NCBI GenBank assembly: GCA_044223005.1
Contig: JBGAML010000007.1
Location: forward strand, 1-64,000
Origin: Candidatus Eiseniibacteriota bacterium
GTDB lineage: Bacteria; Eisenbacteria; RBG-16-71-46
Direction: 5' to 3'
DNA length: 64,000 nucleotides
Part shown: one piece after another, positions 59,599 through 64,000 of the stretch
Layout: each line of letters opens with the position of its first letter
How positions within the stretch are numbered: position 1 is the first letter of the stretch
Program-made: the position numbers and the translations under genes
Notes under the pieces: generated by a model
Seen by the model: the letters and a program-made list of their open reading frames with translations, nothing else
Database searches by the model: none
Told to the model about the DNA's origin: nothing

Positions 59599-60018
59599 AT
59601 GCACGAGGGCTGGGAGACGTTCGACCACACCGCCGACCTGGGGCTCGAGGTGCGCGCCGCCACGCCCGAACGGCTCTACGCGCTCGCTGCCGAAGCGGTG
59701 CTCGCGCAGGTCGCCGAATGCCCCACCGTGGCGCCCACGCTCGGGGCCGCGGTCGAGGCCTCCGGCGCCGACGCCGCGGACCTGCTGGTCGAGTGGCTCA
59801 ACCGTGCGCTGCTCGCGGGCGAGCTCGCGAACGCGGTCTGGACACACGTCGAGGTGCAGGCCTGGTCGCCGACCCGGCTCGCGGCCGCGCTGCGCGGCGT
59901 GCCGCGCGAGCGGAGCGTGGTCACGTTCCTGCGCGAGGTGAAGGCCGTCTCGCACCACGGGCTCGAACTGGAGCTCGCCCCGGGGCACTGCCGCTGCCGC
60001 GTGGTGCTCGATCTCTGA
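59599..60018 (+). CDS. Archease
   Basis: FDHTADLG, LLVEWL, EVKAVSHH, C-terminal VVLDL (alternative GTG start at 59566 overlapping the radC stop). Confidence 0.9.
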   Translation: MHEGWETFDHTADLGLEVRAATPERLYALAAEAVLAQVAECPTVAPTLGAAVEASGADAADLLVEWLNRALLAGELANAVWTHVEVQAWSPTRLAAALRGVPRERSVVTFLREVKAVSHHGLELELAPGHCRCRVVLDL

Positions 60019-60053
60019 CGCGGGGCGGGAGCGGCCTCCGCCGGAAAACGACG

Positions 60054-60077
60054 AGGGCGGCGCGTGAGCGCCGCCCT
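60054..60077. terminator. Hairpin between convergent archease and csp genes
   Basis: AGGGCGGCGC-GTGA-GCGCCGCCCT. Confidence 0.6.
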
Positions 60078-60104
60078 TCGACGTGAAGCGGTACTTCGGG
60101 CGAA

Positions 60105-60305
60105 TCAGGCCCGACGAACGTTCGAAGCCTGCAGGCCCTTCGGGCCGCGCACGACGTCGAACTCCACGGCCTCACCCTCGGCGAGCGTCTTGAAGCCTTC
60201 GCCCGTGATGGCCGAGTAGTGCACGAACACGTCCTCGCCACCCTGCTGGGAGATGAAGCCGAAACCCTTCGCCTCGTTGAACCACTTCACATTGCCAGTA
60301 GCCAC
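60105..60305 (-). CDS. Cold-shock protein (CspA family)
   Basis: [18 protein letters not shown]...DVFVHYSAI...[18 protein letters not shown] before GTG. Confidence 0.96.
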   Translation of the reverse strand: MATGNVKWFNEAKGFGFISQQGGEDVFVHYSAITGEGFKTLAEGEAVEFDVVRGPKGLQASNVRRA

Positions 60306-60409
60306 TGAACCACTCCTGAAACTTGGGGTCGAAACCCCCGTGATGATCGTCGCTCCGGGGGGAGCGATGCCGGCCACTTTGGCCGACCCTTCGGGTCCGA
60401 GCGCGCATG

Positions 60410-60437
60410 AAAAAACCGCCGGATTGCTTTCCGGCGG
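60410..60437 (-). terminator. Intrinsic terminator-like hairpin inside the csp 5' leader
   Basis: Minus strand CCGCCGGA-AAGCAA-TCCGGCGG followed by TTTTTT. Confidence 0.7.
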
Positions 60438-60478
60438 CAAGAAACGCACATGCGCACTGCGACAACCGAAGCAAGAGA

Positions 60479-60507
60479 AGTATCGGCCAGCGGCGGCCCG
60501 AACGCAA
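60479..60507 (-). promoter_or_regulatory. Candidate csp promoter
   Basis: Minus strand TTGCGT-N17-GATACT. Confidence 0.5.
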
Positions 60508-60685
60508 GCGGATTCGGCAAGCTGCGTCGCAGCCGCGAAAACCGCGGTCCGGAAGGCCCTCGCCACCGCGGCGTGCGGCGGGGGGATCGCCTCGCGTCGC
60601 GCGGCCGCGAAGCGCATCGATTAGAGTGGATGCCGTCGAAACGAGCGCGCGTGGCGCGCGGTGTCCCGTCCCCGGAGGGCCGTTC

Positions 60686-61480
60686 ATGAGCATCGAAGGC
60701 CGCGATTCGCTCCCGCCCGAAGAGCTCGCGCGCCGTCGCGCGGCGCTCTGGGATCGCGTCGTGGCCGGCCAGGCAGCGGTGCTGCCGGCCAGCGCGCCCG
60801 AGTGGCTGTGGAGCGCCGAGCACGGCGCGGCGCGCGAGACGGCGCTCGAAGGCCTGCTGCCCGATCCGCTCGAACGCGCCGTCGCCTGCCTGCGCGTGCT
60901 GGGCGCCGCTCCGCCCGAGTGGCACGTGGGGCTGCCGCTCGACCGGCTCGTGGAGCCCTACCTGCGCACCGCGTTCCCGGCCGAGGTGCTCGCGCGCGCG
61001 ATCGATCGCGTGCGCCACGAGCCGGTCGGGCTCGAGGGCGTCGCGCGCTGGCTCGTGCACGCGCGCGGCGTCGAGAAGATCCCGCCGGCAGTGGCCGCTC
61101 GGCGCCTGCCGGAGGTGGCGCGCTGGGCCCTGGAGCACCCGGTGCCGCGCAACCGCACCGAGACGCTGGAGCTGCTCGCCGACGTCGAGTCGCCGTTCGT
61201 CGTGCCGCTGCTGCACGAGGTGCTCGCGGGTGGGTTCGAGCCGCGCGAGGCCGAACCCGGCGTGCGCGAGCTGTTCCACCTGTTCGGCGAACCGGAGACG
61301 TTCTTCGTGCATGAGGACCTCGTGCGCGGCACGAGCGACCGGGCGTACGCCGCGCTGCTGCTCGCGCGCCGGGGCGAGCGGGGCATCCGCCCGCGCGTGC
61401 GCGACATGATGGACGAGGCGAACACCGCCGACTTCCACGCGCTCGCGCTCGCGCTCGAAGCGCTCGAAGCCGCGGGCTGA
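60686..61480 (+). CDS. Hypothetical helical (HEAT-like) protein
   Basis: 264-aa ORF with GGAGG upstream and typical codon bias. Confidence 0.65.
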   Translation: MSIEGRDSLPPEELARRRAALWDRVVAGQAAVLPASAPEWLWSAEHGAARETALEGLLPDPLERAVACLRVLGAAPPEWHVGLPLDRLVEPYLRTAFPAEVLARAIDRVRHEPVGLEGVARWLVHARGVEKIPPAVAARRLPEVARWALEHPVPRNRTETLELLADVESPFVVPLLHEVLAGGFEPREAEPGVRELFHLFGEPETFFVHEDLVRGTSDRAYAALLLARRGERGIRPRVRDMMDEANTADFHALALALEALEAAG

Positions 61481-61536
61481 CCCCTCCGGGGCACGCGCGC
61501 GCGGGGCGTTCGCGCCGCTGATATGATCCCGGCGAC

Positions 61537-62688
61537 ATGGTTCCCGAGCCCCACCCGCTCGCGCCGGTCGCCGCGCCCGCGGCGGATCCGGCCCGCATCG
61601 CCTGGGCGCTGCAGGAGCGCGTCAAGGAACTGACGTGCCTCTATGGCATCGCGCAGGTCCAGTCGCGCGCGGACCGCACGCTCGACGAGGAACTCGCGGC
61701 GATCGTCCTGCTGTTGCCGCCGGCGTGGCAGTACCCGGCCGCGACGTCGGCGCGCATCACTCTCGACGGGCGCGCGTTCGATTCGCCGGGCTTTCGCGGG
61801 GGCGCGGCCTGCCAGGCGGCCGCGATCGCGGTCGCCGGGCACGAGCGGGGCCGCGTCGAGGTCTTCTACGACGGCGAGCACGCGCCGATGGACGAGGGCC
61901 CGTTCCTGCACGAGGAGCGCAGCCTGATCGACGAGATCGCGCGTCAGGTCGGCCTCGGCGTCGAGCGCCGCGAGGGCGAGGTCGAGCGCTCGGCCCTGGC
62001 CGAGCGGCTGCGCCACGCCGACCGCATGTCGACGATCGGCCAGCTCGCCGCGGGCGTCGCGCACGAGCTCAACGAACCGCTCGGGGCGATCCTCGGCTAC
62101 TCCGAGCTGATCCGCGACAGCTTCGGGCTGCCCGACCAGACGGCACGCGACCTCGAGCGCATCATTCGCGCGAGCCTGCGTGGCCGCGAGATCGTGCGCC
62201 AGCTGCTCGTTTTCGCGCGCCAGCACGCCGCGGAGCGCAAGCCGCTGCGGATCGAGCCGGTGCTGCGCGAGGCGCTGTCGCTGGTGGGCGCGCGCATCCG
62301 CCGCTCGCACGTGCAGGTGCACACCGAGATCGCCGCCGACCTGCCGATGGTGACGGGCGATTCGGGCCAGCTGCAGCAGGTGTTCGTCAACCTCTGCGTC
62401 AACGCCGCGCAGGCGATGCCCGCCGGCGGCCAGCTCGCGCTGCGCGCGACGCGCGCGGGGGACGGCGTCGCGGTCGTCGTCGAGGACACCGGCACGGGCA
62501 TGGACGAGGATACGCTGCGGCGGGCGTTCGATCCCTTCTTCACGACCAAGGACGTGGGCCAGGGCACCGGCCTCGGCCTCTCCGTCGTGCACGGCATCGT
62601 GACCGCGCACGGCGGTACCATTCGCGCGAGCAGCCGGCCGGGCCACGGCACGCGCTTCGAGCTGCAACTTCCGGGGGTACCGTCATGA
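61537..62688 (+). CDS. Cytoplasmic sensor histidine kinase (NtrB-like)
   Basis: ERVKELTCLY N-domain; GVAHELNEPL, QVFVNLCVNA, EDTGTGM, FDPFFTTK, GTGLGL. Confidence 0.95.
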   Translation: MVPEPHPLAPVAAPAADPARIAWALQERVKELTCLYGIAQVQSRADRTLDEELAAIVLLLPPAWQYPAATSARITLDGRAFDSPGFRGGAACQAAAIAVAGHERGRVEVFYDGEHAPMDEGPFLHEERSLIDEIARQVGLGVERREGEVERSALAERLRHADRMSTIGQLAAGVAHELNEPLGAILGYSELIRDSFGLPDQTARDLERIIRASLRGREIVRQLLVFARQHAAERKPLRIEPVLREALSLVGARIRRSHVQVHTEIAADLPMVTGDSGQLQQVFVNLCVNAAQAMPAGGQLALRATRAGDGVAVVVEDTGTGMDEDTLRRAFDPFFTTKDVGQGTGLGLSVVHGIVTAHGGTIRASSRPGHGTRFELQLPGVPS

Positions 62689-63914
62689 AGACCGTGGAAC
62701 GCGAGCGCATCCTGCTCGTCGACGACTCGCGCGAGACGCTGGAGTTCGTCGGCCGCATCCTGGCGGGTGCCGGATACGCCGTGACACCCGTGGGCGGCGC
62801 CGTCGCCGCGCTCGAGCGACTGGCCACGCATCGCTACGAACTCGTCGTGACCGACCTCAAGATGCCCGGCGTCTCCGGCATGGAGCTGCTGCGTGAGGTG
62901 CGCGAGCGGCATCCCGAGTGCGAGATCATGATGATCACCGGCTACGCCACGATCGAGGGCGCGGTCGAGGCGGTGAAGAGCGGCGCGCAGGAGTACCTCG
63001 CCAAGCCGTTCACGCAGGACGAGCTCCTCGGCGCCGTGCGGCGCGCGCTCGCGCGCCTGCGGGCCTCGCGCGCCGAGCGGCCGGACGGCCTGCGCTTCGG
63101 CCTCGCGGGCCGCAGCGCGGGGATGCGGCGCGCCTTCGAGGCGCTCGAGCGCGCGGCGACGGGCCGTGGGGCGCTGCTCCTCGTCGGCGAGCCGGGCACC
63201 GGCCGCTCCACCGCGGCGCACGCCGTGGCGCGGGCGCGGGGCGTTTCGCCGGACCGCATCGTCCGCGCCGGGGCGCGCGACGTGCTCGCGCTCGGCCGCG
63301 ATCTTCCGGGTGCCGACGGCGCGCTCTGCCTGCACGAACTCGAGTGGGCCGGGCCGGACGCGCTCGCACGCATCTCCGAGCTGGTCGAAGGTCCGGGGGC
63401 GGTGTTCCTGTGCGCGGGCGAGCGGCTCGAGCGGCTGGTCTCGCTCGGCGTCGTGCGCGGCGACCTGCACGCGAAGCTCGCGCCCACCGCGGCGGCGCTG
63501 CCGCCGCTGCGCGAGCGGGGTGAGGACGTCGAGCAGCTCGCCCGGCTCTTCCTGTCGCGGCTCGAAGGCCGGCTCGGCTCGTCGGCCGCGGGCCTCGAGC
63601 CCGAAGCGCTCGCGGCGCTGCGCGCGTACCCGTGGCCCGGCAACGTGCCCGAGCTGCGCGACGCCGTGCTCGAAGCGGCGCTCGCGGCGCGCGGCGCGGC
63701 GATCGCGCTCGCGCACCTGCCGGGACGCATCGCGCGCGCGCCCGGCGAGCCGCTCGCGCGCACGCTCGCCGACGTGGAGGCGGAGCACATCCGCGCGATG
63801 CTCGGCTACGCCGAGGGCCGCAAGGGGCGCGCCGCCGAGATCCTCGGGATCGACCGCAAGACGCTGCGCGAGAAGCTGCGCGCGATGGGCGAAGACGCGG
63901 GCGAGGACGCGTAG
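62685..63914 (+). CDS. NtrC-like response regulator with degenerate AAA+ domain and Fis HTH
   Basis: ILLVDD, VTDLKMP, TGY, KPF; GEPGTGR, LPPLRER, WPGNVPEL; AAEILGIDRKTL. Confidence 0.9.
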   Translation: MKTVERERILLVDDSRETLEFVGRILAGAGYAVTPVGGAVAALERLATHRYELVVTDLKMPGVSGMELLREVRERHPECEIMMITGYATIEGAVEAVKSGAQEYLAKPFTQDELLGAVRRALARLRASRAERPDGLRFGLAGRSAGMRRAFEALERAATGRGALLLVGEPGTGRSTAAHAVARARGVSPDRIVRAGARDVLALGRDLPGADGALCLHELEWAGPDALARISELVEGPGAVFLCAGERLERLVSLGVVRGDLHAKLAPTAAALPPLRERGEDVEQLARLFLSRLEGRLGSSAAGLEPEALAALRAYPWPGNVPELRDAVLEAALAARGAAIALAHLPGRIARAPGEPLARTLADVEAEHIRAMLGYAEGRKGRAAEILGIDRKTLREKLRAMGEDAGEDA

Positions 63915-64000
63915 CGCCCGGCGTCACGAACGGACGCGGCGCGCCGCCCGAGGGCGGCGCGGTACGCCTGCTCGCCGTGCAGCGACTCGTCGAGCCCGGT

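Overview
Very GC-rich bacterial chromosomal window made mostly of housekeeping genes. Several secreted proteins end in a FlgD-Ig/T9SS-like C-terminal domain, which suggests an FCB-superphylum lineage such as Candidatus Eisenbacteria (inference). The backbone is a fragmented pgpA-cinA-thpR-recA-recX-alaS string, then rfbA-rfbD-gmhA-ubiA-like-ispE-spoVG-tRNA-Gln-prs-rplY-pth-rpsF-ssb-rpsR-DUF2232-rplI, a liv ABC transporter, selA, smc-ftsY, radC-archease, a cold-shock gene and a two-component pair. Accessory genes are interleaved at about 0.6-5.8, 8-19.7 and 21-26 kb. The most unusual item is an HNH endonuclease with an apparent RuvA C-terminal-like domain; its upstream spacer carries a long imperfect inverted repeat and an orphan IS481-like end, making it a candidate selfish element. 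Other notable signals are a Fibrobacter-type LexA-like box in the recA promoter, an intrinsic terminator inside the csp leader, a ~300-nt structured leader before smc, a tandem pair of secreted propeller proteins with near-identical tails and terminators, and an unannotated 28-aa membrane peptide. No CRISPR array or rRNA was seen. All family calls come from motif recognition by eye, not database searches.
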